A stretch of 64,000 nucleotides of DNA from Zygnema circumcarinatum SAG 698-1b (GCA_037447605.1 CM074807.1:2242327-2306326), one strand, 5' to 3'; positions 35,530 to 49,179 are shown, numbered from the stretch's first letter. Translations and numbers: made by a program. The notes: generated by a model from the letters alone, not told the origin.

Positions 35530-38500
35530 ATGTCTCCGCAGGAGGCCAACACTGCGTCCAGCCCGACGAGCTCGTCTGACGCGGGGACGCCGGGCCACCT
35601 GTTCCGGGACTCAGAGCGGCGGCGGGTGACGTTCGTGGAGGCTCCGCAGAAGCTTGAGCGCGTGGTTTCTGCAGAAGAATGGCAGCTGGCGGCGCACGAG
35701 CTCGACATGGACGAGCAGGAGACCCCCCTGCACCGGCAGCAGGAGCATGCCAAAGGCGAGAGGGCGGGCAAGGGCTGCTGGCGCGGCTTCAGGGCATGCT
35801 GCTCCTCTGTATGCCTCTGCCCTGCAGATTTGGAAAGCGGCAGGCAGCTGCAGGCGCAGAAGCGAAATTGGAAGTGGCAGTGGAACAGACAGCACAGCCA
35901 GGACTCGCTGGGGAGCAGGAGGGAGGAGAGGTCAGTGGGAGGGAGGCGGAGGAGAGAGATGTGGCTGCGCCAGCAGCTTGTCTCTCCCGTCCTGGTGACG
36001 CGCTTGATCATGATGGTGCGTAAATGTCAACCCTTCTAAGTTTTTGCAACTGTTGGCGCATCTATGTCACCACTTTTGGCAGTCTGCAACGGGCAGCACA
36101 GGGGATTTTTAGTGAGGGACAAACGTGAACGTGTCGACTGTGAAGGACCGAGAGTACGTACTCTTATGAAAGATGTGACGCTTTGGCGTGTCTGATGGTT
36201 TTTCCGTTTTTAGCAGCGGAGAGTGCGTTGACTAAGTTTGGTTTTCGAAGTGAAGTGTTACCTTGCTGAGGTTGGAAAAAGGCACAAAAATTGAGATTGC
36301 AAGAGAATTCTCCTTCATTTTCTTCTCATGCTCGTGTAGGGCAATGTACTGCATTGCTGATCTGAAGGGATGGATATCCTTTGGAATCCGGCGAGTCAAG
36401 ATGAATGTAGCTTACCATCCATCCGCATCCGCCACATCCATCCTGGTCCATGGCCCTTGCCAAGTTTTCGGACCTTTGTTCACTCTGAAGGCTCCTCAGC
36501 ATACGCTTGCATTTTGAATAAACCACTTAGGGTTTGTTCTAGAGAAACAGAGAAATATGCAGAGAAATCTGTCAAGCTGCATGTACCGATTTTTTTTTTT
36601 TTTTTCTTTACCTATGTAGCTCTTTCAGGCAATTTTTTCCTGGCAGATTTGTTGTTAGCAAATGCTCGGTGGAACGGCTGACTGGACGGCATAATGGCTT
36701 GCAGGTATTGCTGGTGATAGTGACGGTGGTTCTCAGCCTGGGAACTTGGTATGCCACAGGTATCGCATACAATAATGCAGTCGACTCCATTACTGGGAGG
36801 TGCGTGTTTTCTGCATGAGGCTATTTTGAGTTCGAGGCGGGGGGTCCCAGTCCTAACTTATCAACATTACCCAGTATAAGGGAGAAGCTAGCAGAGTTTT
36901 GACATCATTGAGCGGAAATGAAATGAGTGGGTGTCTTAAATACTGCGCCTAATTAGAGTATATTTGAAGCGATTTGAAGCATTTGATAAGGCGTTTGCAG
37001 CCTTAGAGAGGAGATCACGGGGAGGACGGTGGAGCAGTTTTCCCACCATCTGCAGCGCGCTCGCCACTCACCTGTTGTGTTCGCATCTGTGCTGGAAACC
37101 TTGCTCGTGAACTCCAACGCTTCCTCGTTTTCCACCCAGGAAATGTTCCGAACTGTAAGCTCCTTTTGCACTGCACCTTTTTGTGTTACCTGTTACAGCA
37201 TCGGAGTTTTAGGGTTAGAGCACCATAGTTTACTTAGTGACAGACTTATGCAAAGCCATCACTCAGAACAGCAAAAACATCCAGTGCATGCCGTTCTTGG
37301 AAAAAACCGTAGAAGAACTGGGGCATGCTCCTTTTCCTCTTTATCTTCTTGCTCATTCTTCCTTTCAACATGGTGGACATCCCCAACTCATTCTGCCACT
37401 ACCATGGGGATGAGCTGCTAAATTAACCACAAGCAGCTTGTAGTGTGAGGGGTAACTTTATATGTGCCCTAACACAGACAGTGCGACAGACAGACAGATA
37501 GTGCGATTGATTAAACGACACGCTGACATTGCAGCCCAATGTAATCAGTAATCCTGCGATTAATTTGGTGTTCCTTTCTACGCATCAACTTTCATTCATG
37601 TTCTTGTACTGTAATCAAAAGGTTAGCATTTTTCAGTTCTATATTTTTTGACTGGGTAAGGTTTAGAATTTATGGGAACAACACAGGAACACAAGTTGCA
37701 ACGCAAGTGTATGAATATCATAATCATGATACCTTGACCTTTAATGCATTAGGATATGAATAGTGTCTTTTCTGTTCAAACGATGATCCTTTCCGTTCAA
37801 ATGAACATCCCATGGTGCATTTCTGCCATCTCTAATAACCCAGTCCTAGCAGTGCAAGGCAATCATTGTTTCTAGCCGCTGGGTTCCTACTTCTGTAAAG
37901 GATCGCTTGGTGTCAGTTCCTTCATTACATGTGGCTCTGCTATTTGAAAAGTTTGTTTCATTTTCACCACGAATACCTCGGATTCTTAGACAAGTCATCG
38001 CCTCCCTCTAGACGCCCAATAGAGGGTCACTCACAGCTAGACTCTGGAGTCTGGCTAACGAATGAAGTCTGCAATCCTTCTTGGTTTTTGGTCATTCTCG
38101 CTAATGATTGCCTTTAGTCACAAATGTCGTCATGCCACCGTGGTAATATGCCCCGCAGGTTTCCCCGCTCCTATGGAACTTCTTCAGCAAAGCCATGGAG
38201 GATCTGACTTCTGTGAGCTACGCCGAGTTAGATGGGCGTTTTGTGACCTACCAGCTCAACCCTAACGGCACATACCTCGTCTTCTCTAACGAGTCCATAA
38301 CTGACGTGAATACCCTCAAATGGTATTCACAGCCGGTGGACTTGTCGTCTGGCAAGCCAACGTCGCCAGCTATTCTTATCACGAGGCAGAACGATTTTGA
38401 CCTACAGTACATTACTCCACTGCTTGCACTAGCAAAGCCCGTTGCTTGGGATCTGACAATGACTAGGCAGGGGCCCAGCCTCCTTGCTGTTCTGGAAATT

Positions 38501-41500
38501 CCAAGCACGACCATGGGAAGCCCGGGAGGTTTGGCGGCCATGGCGTCTAACATGAGCGCAGTGAACACCTTCCTACGCTGTCAGTTAGGAGCCACTATCT
38601 ACGTTGAGAACAATGCAGGGTATCTTGTGGCATCGTCTTCAAAGGTTCTAAACTATGACAATAGCACTGGGAAGGATACGCTGATCAACACAACAGCGGT
38701 GACAGACCCCACTATATCAGCGGCTGCGATGTACTTGCATGAAAAGTACGGCGGGCACTTTCTTCTTAACCAATCCATAGCTATTTCGGATGTCAGCATT
38801 AATGGAGTAAACTCCTATATAAACACGGCGCCGTTATCCATCGACAACTTGGAATTGGTGCGTCAGTCTCGCCCATGCTCTGACGCATTATTGCAATGAT
38901 GCTTAAGGCATGGTGGGCCACCGTCTGCTCAGAGCTGAGGTTGCAAATGTGACTGCTCTCCTCTCTCCTTCCCTGCAGTATGTAGTTGTTGTGGTCTCAA
39001 AGGAGAGCCTGATTGGCAGCATCAACAGCGAACGCAAGAGAGTGTTGGTGATCGAATCCCTATGCGCTGTGGGCGTTCTCCTCCTTGGTTGGGCTGTCAT
39101 CATATTCGTTACCCTCTATGTGTCCCTCCGCATGCGTCCAAAAGAGGAGCTTCTCCGCCAGCAAGAGGCCACCCAGCGAGCGCAGACCGCCTCCGAGGTG
39201 AAGAGCCAATTTCTGGCCAACATCTCACATGACCTGCGAACACCCATGGCTGGGTGCGCCTTCTCAACTCTTCTCACCTCATCCTTCCCTCTCATGCTAT
39301 GGCGGGATGTCGAGGTTGTTCGACACAGCAGTGCATGCATTGGGCTGATATCCTTGGCATCCCCTGCATGCAGAATCCTCGGGCTGCTTGACATCATGCT
39401 TTGTGACCGGCTGACTGCGGAGCAGGAGGCCAATTTGCGGCAGATGAAGTCATGTGCAGCGTCGCTGCTAGGGCTTCTCAACAACCTTCTTGACCTTGCC
39501 AAGGTGCGGTTTCAGGGATCGATCATGTATGCCTGTTGGGGATGGGGTTGATAACCGGATGTGACTTGCTGCAAAAGTGGACTCTTATGGATATGGCGAA
39601 TGGGGGAAGGCTGCAGGTGGAGGCAGGCAAGATGCAGCTGGAGGTGTTGGAGTTTGACATTGTTGGGGAGTTGGAGTCTCTAGTGGACATGTTTAGCGTG
39701 CAGGGCCTTAGCAATGGCACGGAAATCGCCCTCGATTTATCCGATGATATTGAGCGTACAGTGAAAGGAGATCCTTCGCGTGTACGGCAGGTGGGCCTCC
39801 TTGCACATTTAAGGCTTTGGAAATATTTCACAATTGAGGCCTGCACTATGTGAATGAATCCAGAGTAGGGGGGTACCTTTCTGGTTGTGAAATTTCCAAG
39901 AGTACAAAGGGCTTGGGGCATGCAGGTGTTCGCCAACCTGCTGAGCAACGCCTGCAAGTTCACAAAGGAGGGCCACGTTTTGGTCAGGGGATGGATGCAG
40001 CGCAGCCCCCCTCTCCACCTCCTTGACAGGTCTGCCTTCTCTCTCTTTTGAACTCCTACCGGCCAGGTTGGCTTTGCACATGTTTTGTCTCAAATTTTTC
40101 ATGGGACTTAGAGCGGAGGATGAAGTAACGAATGGGGACATGAAGACAACGCAGGACTCAGAGTAGAGGGAAGCACAGGGCATGACGTGAGCGGAGGTAA
40201 TCAACAGTGTTTATGCAACAAATTTGATGCAAGAAACCAGATGTGTAGCAAAGTTGCTCTCACATCATCAACATGAGCAGTGAGATAGGAGTATCAACCG
40301 TCCTTTTTTTCTTTCCTTTCTCTCTTCTATCACTCTTCGTCTTATTCAATATTGGGATGAAGAGTTCTTAGCTGAAGAATCCGCAATCCTTTAACATTGA
40401 AAAGAGCGTACGGGAAAGGACTTCTCGTCTTTCAGTGGATGTGGACTCTTGTGGTTTTGACGCATGCATGAAGAACATTGTTTTTTTTTTGTTTATTTGG
40501 ACCGAATGAGACGGTTCTGGAAACAGGAGGAAGTTCAGAGTTGAGAACGTAGATGTCGTCATAAATGAGGAATTCTAACTGCTGTTTGTCCAAATTTCAA
40601 ACTTAATCCCCATCAGCTCCTGGACTTTAATTTGACACTTTGTATCCAAAACAAAGAGCGTTAAGGAACTGTCTGCTAAACTGATTCCATAGACTCTAAA
40701 TGATAGCGTGTTTGTTTGAGAATGGCGAGTGAACGTGGAAGCAGCTTTGTAAGGTGACTAAACCATCAGGATACTAAATTTTTTATGAGAGTATCCTGCA
40801 CCAGTCACCGTGAGACGCCTGCATTGGACCCTCATGATGCACTTGAGTGCACTGGTCTCCACCATCATCTAGTCCGATCAGTGCAGTTAAGCTATCGTAG
40901 CAACTAGGACCTTCTGTAATCTCGCTGAGCACTCACAAAACTTCAGATGTCTAAGACTGGTTCGATCGATCTCCAGTTTCAAAAGAGAAATTGAAGAGTT
41001 AATGTATGCAAAAGAGAGGGCCATTCTCTCTTTAAGTCCGTTGCCAATATGCCTTTCTTACGTACAACTTCAGAAAACATTGGTTTGTTTGATTCAGCAA
41101 GCTGTTTTGTGCAAGAATCAGCAATGATGATGGCCATTTTGGAGTTTGCAACTGCAGAACTCCTCGGTATTCTGACGATTCCCGTGAATCTGACGGCAAG
41201 CGGCGGATTACCTACATCTTTGAAGTTGATGACACGGGCCCGGGAATTCCCCCTCACAAGCGTGAACTTGTCTTTGAGAAGTTTCAGCAGGCGGATCTCT
41301 CCACCACCCGCACGCATGGCGGCACAGGCAAGCCTTTCCACACACCACCTCCCTTTAAAGCAAGGCGCAGGAGTAGCCTCTTCAAGTTGAGCTGAAGGAG
41401 AAGCCACTTTCTTCATCGCAGATGTTGTATTCTGCACTCCTCCGTTTGAGTAATTGATGGGAGACTTAGAAAGCGTTTGAGATGAATGACATCGTTGTCA

Positions 41501-44500
41501 GGGGTTGGCTCTATGTAGATGGATTGAGTTGCTCCCTCGCACTCTCGTTCTCCTTTCCCCACTTCTCTCTCCCTCTCTCGTTCTCTCTCTGTCTGTCTCT
41601 GGAGAATATTCAGCTGAAACTGACAGCTATGTTTGTTGATGGGTTCGCATGACAGGCTTGGGCCTCGGCATTGTGCGATCGCTGGTAAGCCTCTTCCTCG
41701 CTCCTTCATTTCATGATGTTTGAACTCACTGCTGTCATCAAGAAGCTGTCTTATAGCTATGGCTATGTAGCTGGAGGTGGTTATTGAATGGCGTGGGTAA
41801 GGGACTGATTTTTATGGCTGCAGGTGAAGCTCATGGGAGGTGCTATAGCAGTCGTGGACAAGGAGGGTCCCGGAGCTTGCTTCCGCTTTGATCTCACGTT
41901 CGAGTGCTTGGACCAAACCTCCAAGTGGAAAAACTCTATCGTTCAACCTGAGTTCTTGCTTCCAAAGCTGAGCTCTGTGGAAGGAGGGCAGGTGAGGTGC
42001 TTTCTGCAAGTAACGCGTTACTCACATGCATCATCCGAGCCAGTAATAGATGCAACAATTGAAGAGGGAAGAAGAGGGACGATTTAATCGAACCTTTCAT
42101 GTCATCTCATTCACCCAAATCTCTTCCTGTCCTTGCTTCCTCCTCCTTCTCAGGTGCTCCTGGCTATGAAAGAGTCATCCGCAGGTGCGGTGATCGCAAC
42201 AGGATGGATGGAGCGACGTGGACTCCATGTATGGCGAGTTACACAGTGGGAAGATATCCCTCAAGCTGTGAACAGCATGGTGGCCCATCGAGCCAATGGG
42301 GCACGAGGAAGCCGCTCCTTAGTGGGTTTTTCAGCCCCCCTTGACCGCAAACCAGCCCGCGGGACCGGTCTAATGAATGCATTTTCAGGGCCCCTTCTTC
42401 ACAATGCAGCGAGTGCCTTCTCAGGGCCCCTCCTTCTCGGGGGAGGGGGGGGAGGGCAAGCAGCTCGCCTTGGGACGTCCGTGGAAGAGCCCGCACCGCG
42501 GTCGACTGGGTTGATTTCTGAGGAATTAGGGGAGCCGGCTCGGCTCATCCTGGCGATCATAGACGCTTCACTCATCCCAAATCCCTTTCAATTCCTCGCA
42601 GAGGAGCTTCACATTTTCCGAGCCAAGTGAGCATCACTTTTCTTTTTCCGAGTGTGTGATGTTTGGCCTCGCAAAAACTAGCCCTGAGTTAGGCTAGTGG
42701 GTGAGTTTTAACTTGTCTGTCTCAACTCTGACTGTAAACTTGCTTTCTGCGGTTCTGGTGTGCTGTTTTGGGGTTTGTTTACTTGCAGATTGCAGGCTCA
42801 GGGAGTGGTGATTGCTTGGCTGGTGGAGCACAACACCACAGCGGAGACGAGGCGAGCCCTTCGCCGTTCAGGGTGTGCTGTTGCGAGCAAGCCGCTCTAT
42901 GCATCGCGAATGGCTCCCCTGCTTGCGCTGGCAACTGCACGCAAGGGGATTCCACACACTTCCAGTAGTGTGGACCCTGCACGCTCACAGGGGAGCATGA
43001 CAGAGTCCTGGCAGGCAGAGACTACACAGGTGAAGATAAACTTTCTTCAAGTAAACCTTTCAGACGTCTTGCGTTAGCGCTGGAAAAAACCATTTGGGGT
43101 AGTAGTGGCCTGTAGGTAACTTATGGTAATCTTGGAGCACGAAGGTATATCATTGAACCCACAAAAGCTCATTCGTATTGTCATCTCCTTGCATGTCATT
43201 TTTCCAGAGCTTCATGCTCCCAGGTCCTGTAGAGGAAGCTGTGGAGGACAAACAGGTAGATTCTGGCCAGCGAGGTGCGGCAGAAGCTGCTTCGGAACGT
43301 AAAGGCACCCCTCCCCGTAGCCCCTCCCAAGGGCCCAAATTGAGACTTCAGAATGCGGACCCTTCCTCTGCAGCTGCCGCAGCTGGGGGAGGCTTCCGGG
43401 AGGGCCACCCTCCCGCAGGCCCTCCTGCTAATGGGGAGAGTGGGGACTCTTCGCCCTCCGGCTCTGCTGCCTTTCAGCCGCGGCCGCCTCCCACTCGTAT
43501 TCGCTCACTTTCCACGCCAAAGAAGCCGGTAAGACTCCTGGTCAATGTGTGTGGGATGAGTTGTTGGAGGCAAAGTGATGGCTGAGTGAAGAACCTCTTT
43601 TTGTTCACAACTTGCGGTAAGGAAAGTGTCAACTCTGCTGTTAACACGGGGTTTGCTAAGCATTTGTGGCCAACGCATCCGTGCATTAACCTCTTACTGA
43701 AATTGATGTGAAAGCAAATTCCTTATTCTTGAAAGGGGGGGCTGGATGCAGATTGGACCTGGGAGTCCAGTTGCCTCTTATGACCTTGCTCTGAAGGGGC
43801 TGCATGTTCTCATTGCCGAGGATACACCCCTGCTCAAGAAGGTCAGCTCTTGTCCGGTTGCTGAGAGGGAACTTTGCTTTGCGAGGCTGTTGTAAGGACA
43901 CGATTGCTGTTTTCATGAAACTGATTGAAAAAAATCAATTTGATTTAAATGACGCAAACACTTACTGCCAGATCAACGTTGTTGCTAAGACTGGGATTTT
44001 AAGACTCGCAAGAAGTTCCATGGTAAAAAAATGGTCAGAATAATCTGGAAGAGATGCAGTGGTAGTGTGAATTTACTGTCAGTGACTGGAAGACCCACGG
44101 AAAAAGTCAAACATGCAACCCGCAATGACAAGTCCTTGCTGAAAGTGGCCTCACAATTTTCTTCAATCGACGCTTTGGATGGAAAACAGGTTGCGGTGAT
44201 TCGCATGCAGAAGCTCGGCTGCACTGTTGTTGCTGTGAGTGATGGCAAGGAGGCGGCAGACTTGGTGCTTTCCTCATACAAGGCTGCAGCAGAGGGGTCA
44301 ACTGAGAAAATGTTTGACGCTATCCTGATGGACTGCCAGGTAAGTCCCCGAACCATGAAATCTTCCATGGTGCGTAGGCCCATCTGTTACTGATGTGAAG
44401 CCTATGAGGAGCAGCGCAGTTTTCTTTTATGCATTGTCCATCTGGGCTTGAACTAGAATCGCTGGTCGACATCACTACCAGATAGCTCTGTTGGTCGTCC

Positions 44501-45013
44501 CATTGGTTCTAAGTCTCTTACTAGCACCAGTTTTTGGAAGACCGTTGTCTATGCTTCCAGTCACAAGTTCTCATGCAGGAATGTGTCCTTCTGCTGCTGC
44601 AGATGCCAGTTCTGGATGGGTATGGTGCGACCCAAATGATCCGCGAGGCAGAGAAGGGCACACCTTACCACACACCCATCATCGCTCTCACAGCGCATGC
44701 CATGACGAGCGATGAGCGCAAGTGCTTGGATGCGGGCATGGACGCATACCTCACAAAGCCGATAGACCCGGCGCTTATGGCCTCCACAATCTTGAATCTG
44801 GTGAGGCCGAAAATGGGCGACGGGGACGGGAATGGCGGGAACACTTCGGAGGATGGCTCCCCTCCTATCTCTCCTTCAAACTTTGCATGCGATGACACCC
44901 CTCAGAGCACAACCACGAGAAGAGGTACTTCGGAAGTCTCAGGAGGCTCAGGGAGATTAAGACGACCTGATTCCGTTATGCAGACCAAAGAACGGTATGC
45001 AGGAAAAACATGA
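35530..45013 (+). CDS. AHK1: Hybrid sensor histidine kinase, AHK1/CKI1 type (TM - extracellular sensor - TM - HisKA - HATPase - pseudo-receiver - receiver)
   Basis: TM1 VLVTRLIMM|[15 protein letters not shown]; extracellular exon 38160-38859 with [13 protein letters not shown]; TM2 [23 protein letters not shown]; H-box [18 protein letters not shown]; N-box [13 protein letters not shown]; G boxes [10 protein letters not shown] and [10 protein letters not shown]; receiver [43 protein letters not shown]. Stop 45011-45013. The start may be further upstream (in-frame ATG at 35068). The symbol means 'AHK1-like'; orthology is not tested. Confidence 0.9.
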
Positions 45014-46151
45014 CGCTGTAAGTGATCTTATTAGGTTCCTCTCAGGTATGCAAGGAGGTCTCTTAAAATTATGTATGGCAGGTTGAGTCGATTGCACGAC
45101 CCCGTTTCTCATGAGGGGCGCGAAGGGGCGAAGTCTGCTACACAGCAGGTTGCCTCTATTAACAACCGGTAAAGAAATCAGCCCGCTGAACAGTGTGGGC
45201 TGATAGTTCATCGGTTGCCAGACTAATTTGTCAATGGCAGGAATAGAGGCTGCAGGGAATCACATAGCACACAGTGCCTGGTGGCGCCAAGTCCAAAGTC
45301 CATTATTTAGTGAAGCTTGCTTACCTTCTCCTGTAGCTCCACGCCTCTGCTCACCTTTTCAGTCAATAAATTGCTCGAGTGTACTATAGCCCGAAGCAGG
45401 CAGCGATTAGGGCGGAATGGATAAAAGAGGCTGATGCAAAGCTGCTATCATGATCCGTGACGGATTTCTGAATGCCAAGTTTTGCTTTGTATTTATTCAA
45501 GGCACTCTCCCCGCCTAATAAAAAATTCAGAAATTTCTTCCTCTGCAAAACACTTCGTGCATGCCAAGGTTGCTATCCTTCCCCTGTCACATCGGTAAAG
45601 TAACCAATTTGGCCAATTTTGGGATGTCTACACGCCAGCTCTGTTGTGATGTACCTTGAGATCGCGCCTAACGCGGGTCTTGATTTCAAGCCATTGGAGC
45701 CATTTGTTACTGGCTTCGCTTGTAGGACCTTTCGAATCCTTGGAAGGCCTGTTATGGGAAGTTGTGAAGCCTGAAGGTGAGGTGAAAGTTGTTTCATCTT
45801 GACCGATCCTCTTAGAGACTGCGGTTGTCAAAACATGCAAGAGCTGCTCAGACCAACAGTTCACCACTCACATGCCCAAAGGGCTTTCATTCTTCGTAGG
45901 CACAATTGCAGGAAATTAACTTCGCACATGCTGCGAGGAATTTTTTTGACTAAATGTGAACCTACAACCGGGGTTAATCATGGCAGGGTGATTAAAACTA
46001 GTTGACGAGCCTACAATGGAAGAAATTCATCGGATTGATAACGACTGCAGAATTCGTACGACATGGCCACAATCGCTATGTTTTTTACAAAAAAATGACC
46101 TCCATGTCTTGTTCTTTGATGTCTCAACGCCACTGGTCATGAGGGGAGCCC

Positions 46152-49100
46152 TTAGTCCCAACTGCCTTTGCTTCGTCGATCTGACTTTTTGGACGATAAC
46201 TTCTTCTTGCCGTCCAATCTCTTCTCATTGTCAGCTTTAGCCCTGCACCTCACATGTTTTGCAGTCAGCCAAGAACATGAATTCAATATCGAAACACTCT
46301 GCACATGCAGGATTTCTCAAAGTTAGCTGCCAGCAATCCGCAAGTAGACAAAGACGATACACAAGAAGGGCTGCAAGCCCACAAAATGACTGGGAGATGA
46401 ACATAATAGGGCGTGTCAGACTTAACAAAATCTTACGAAAAGCATTACAAAAACAGTTACGGAAGTACTCCACTACGGCGGATCGAGATGTCCCTTGAGA
46501 ACAACATAACCATTCAGAGACAAAAGCTTGCCAAAGATGGTGCAGAATAAAATAGTGCTACATCAGGAATATCTGTAATGAAAGAGACGAGCACAGGAAG
46601 CAAAGAAGACAACAAGTGCACAACTGGCACTCACAGTTTCTTGATACGTCGCTGCTTCTCCTCAGACGGAGGGGGTGGGACATATGCGGCTGCGTCAATA
46701 ATCGTCTGTCATTGCACACAACAGTGAATTACGCAGTAGCACCATATGCCACGTAACAATTCACAAGCACAAACAAGTTTGCAAGTTCTGCAAGTTTGCA
46801 GTTAAGGCTTGGTGGAATAGAACTTGGCATACCTGGATCTTCTGTAGTGCGTCTTCTAAGTTCCCTCTGCAATACGAGGAGGGGAACAAAAAGGCACATC
46901 AGCACTTCGCGATGCGCGAATTCTTCATCATCCACTTAGGAAAAATCCAACAGGAGTAAGTCCAAGCACGGCCATAAATAGACCTATTTCCTTTCCATTT
47001 CAAGCAACCGGAAGCATATTTCTTAAAGAAAACGTCAAATGGACCTGCATCCTGCAACGTGCATCAGATAGCATGCCTGCCTTACTTCGTGTGCTAAACC
47101 TCAAGCTCTCTGACATATGGTCAAGCCAATCATGCCTCCTTTTCTTCTGTTCTCCGCTCTAAACCAAGAAACTGCAAATCAACATTTATCGCTTTACTCA
47201 AGATTATTGAAGTATGGACAAAATACAGCCCCTTTTACATGTGAAACATCACATAGGAGTATAATAGTGCCACAAAGTCACGCTATGTTATTAAGCTATG
47301 AAAACATTTTATCGTTTCCACCCAGTTTTCTGAGCCAACATAGAGTGGTGGCTCACTTCTGAGTCCTGGTGCGGGTTGAAGAAACGACTAGCTCCCCATC
47401 GCTATTGATGCGATTCTTTTCCTGTCCTTCACATCCTCAACATTCACCCATCACAACGCGTTCTGCACACCATTAGTCTCAACCTAAAGCTTACAAACAA
47501 CACTTTGCCAGAAATGCATTCCGATAGCCTATAATAACAAAGCCAAACATTCAGGAGAAGACACAGCGCATCAGCAATAGCAAACGCGGCCCATTCAGAA
47601 GCTTAAGTGAAAAAAAACGCGACCCATAAACAAACACCTACCTCAATAACGATTGCAGGAATCACGAACAGTTGGACCAGTTTCAATAGCAACCAGTGCC
47701 GCGAATGAGGGTTGAATAAATTGGCCTAAGAATTTACATGCTCCTCATGGATCTGAATGCTAAGCGCGTCAACTGGAGTTACCTCTTTGCTCTTTACTTT
47801 GAACTTATCATTGTTCCAACATAAAATGAGCAACTAAAAAAGTGCAAAGCAGCAAAATCATTCCCATAATCTTGAAATTGATGTTTCTTAATGACACAGA
47901 AAATCTTGCACTTGAGGTGTCCGACAACTAGTTTCAGGTGTTTCCCACAATTGCAAGATGCCTGACAAAGGTTGGAAGGTTGAAATCTGGATCAACAACG
48001 CAATAGTAGATGCGTAATCCTGTTATTGCCAATCAGCCATTGCCTTGCCGCTTTAGCAAAGCCAAGATTGTGCGCCATACCTTCTCCAATATCTTCAACT
48101 TAATCCTCTCAGGTAGCCAGGTTGCCGCCATCACATTGAACCGCATATCCACCTTTGTATTCACTGCACCGAAACCGGAGGATGTATTAGTAACAGAAAG
48201 CCTATGGGGATGGAAACAGCAGTTAATTGGCAACATAACATCCAAGTGAAGATAAAAGCCTCCAAAAGACATCTACGTACCTTTGTTTACATTCTGCCCT
48301 CCAGGCCCTCCACTGCGAGCAAAGCTGACAGTAACCTGCTCTGCATTATCTCACAGCATACAGCAAAAAAGATTTCTCAAGAATTAAGCAAGTCTAGCTG
48401 CATACATAAGGACAGTAAAGTCCACTTTTGCAACCAAACCCATAAAAAATGGCTATGCTTCGAGCTAACAATCAGTAAAGCACAATACTTCATAATACAA
48501 TCGAAAACCGACAGATAGCTCAAACTTCCTAAAGGGCAGAATTAGTGATTAGATTAAAGCTTTCTACCGCCAAACAGAGAATTGAAACGTTGACGAATTC
48601 TTGAGGAGAAAACATCAAAAACTGTCAACTTTTCCATTATAACTGTACCCACGACTTATAGTCTAACAAATGCGAGTCATGAAGGGTGGAAATTCCCAAC
48701 AAAAACTTCGGCTTCAAGAAGTTGCCTTCACCTTCTGTTATCTTTGGAATTGATCCATCATCATCAATTCGGCTCTCCTCTATTCTTTGGTCAAGAAGTT
48801 GCTGTTTTTGCACTAGCCTGGCGGGAAGATCTTGAGTTTTTTCGACTGCGCCATCTGACAAGCATCTCACTTTCAATGTGCAGCAAGCTGATTGCATGCC
48901 TCTCCAATCAGACACACTTGGAGCTGACAATCGGAATGGCCAGCATTTCTCCCTCCTTTGAATAATTAGGAAGAAAGGAAGCGACCAGAGGTCTGCCGGA
49001 CGTCCTGAGCTGATGGCGGAACTCGGCCCGCAGCTGGCTCCTCTAACCACCTCGCATCCCGTTGTGTGTGGCAACATTCTGATTCCTGCCACCCCTGCTG

Positions 49101-49179
49101 CGACATACTTCTTTGAAAAAGCGGAATACGAAGCGGTCCATAAGCTCTGGCAGGTGCCGGCAGCCACACCACTCGCCAT
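46152..49179 (-). CDS. ICT1: Peptidyl-tRNA hydrolase ICT1/ArfB (organellar ribosome rescue factor, GGQ domain)
   Basis: Exons join to PKITEEQVTVSFARSGGPGGQNVNKVNTKVDMRFNV..WLPERIK..EKNRINSDGELVVSSTRTRTQKGNLEDALQKIQTIIDAAAYVPPPPSEE..and a basic C-tail KRLDGKKKLSSKKSDRRSKGSWD*. First ATG is at 49179 (the ORF track's 49194 start is TTG). Confidence 0.93.

Noticed and set aside
35443-37215. Isolated TTTAGGG(TT) heptamers as interstitial telomere or telo-box
   Set aside because: Single scattered copies, compatible with chance.
45018-45330. Donor-like sites in the convergent 3'UTR region (gtaagt 4 nt after the kinase stop; aag|gtaag on the minus strand near 45322)
   Set aside because: They cannot be tied to a transcript without cDNA, and a junction so close to the stop would not trigger NMD.
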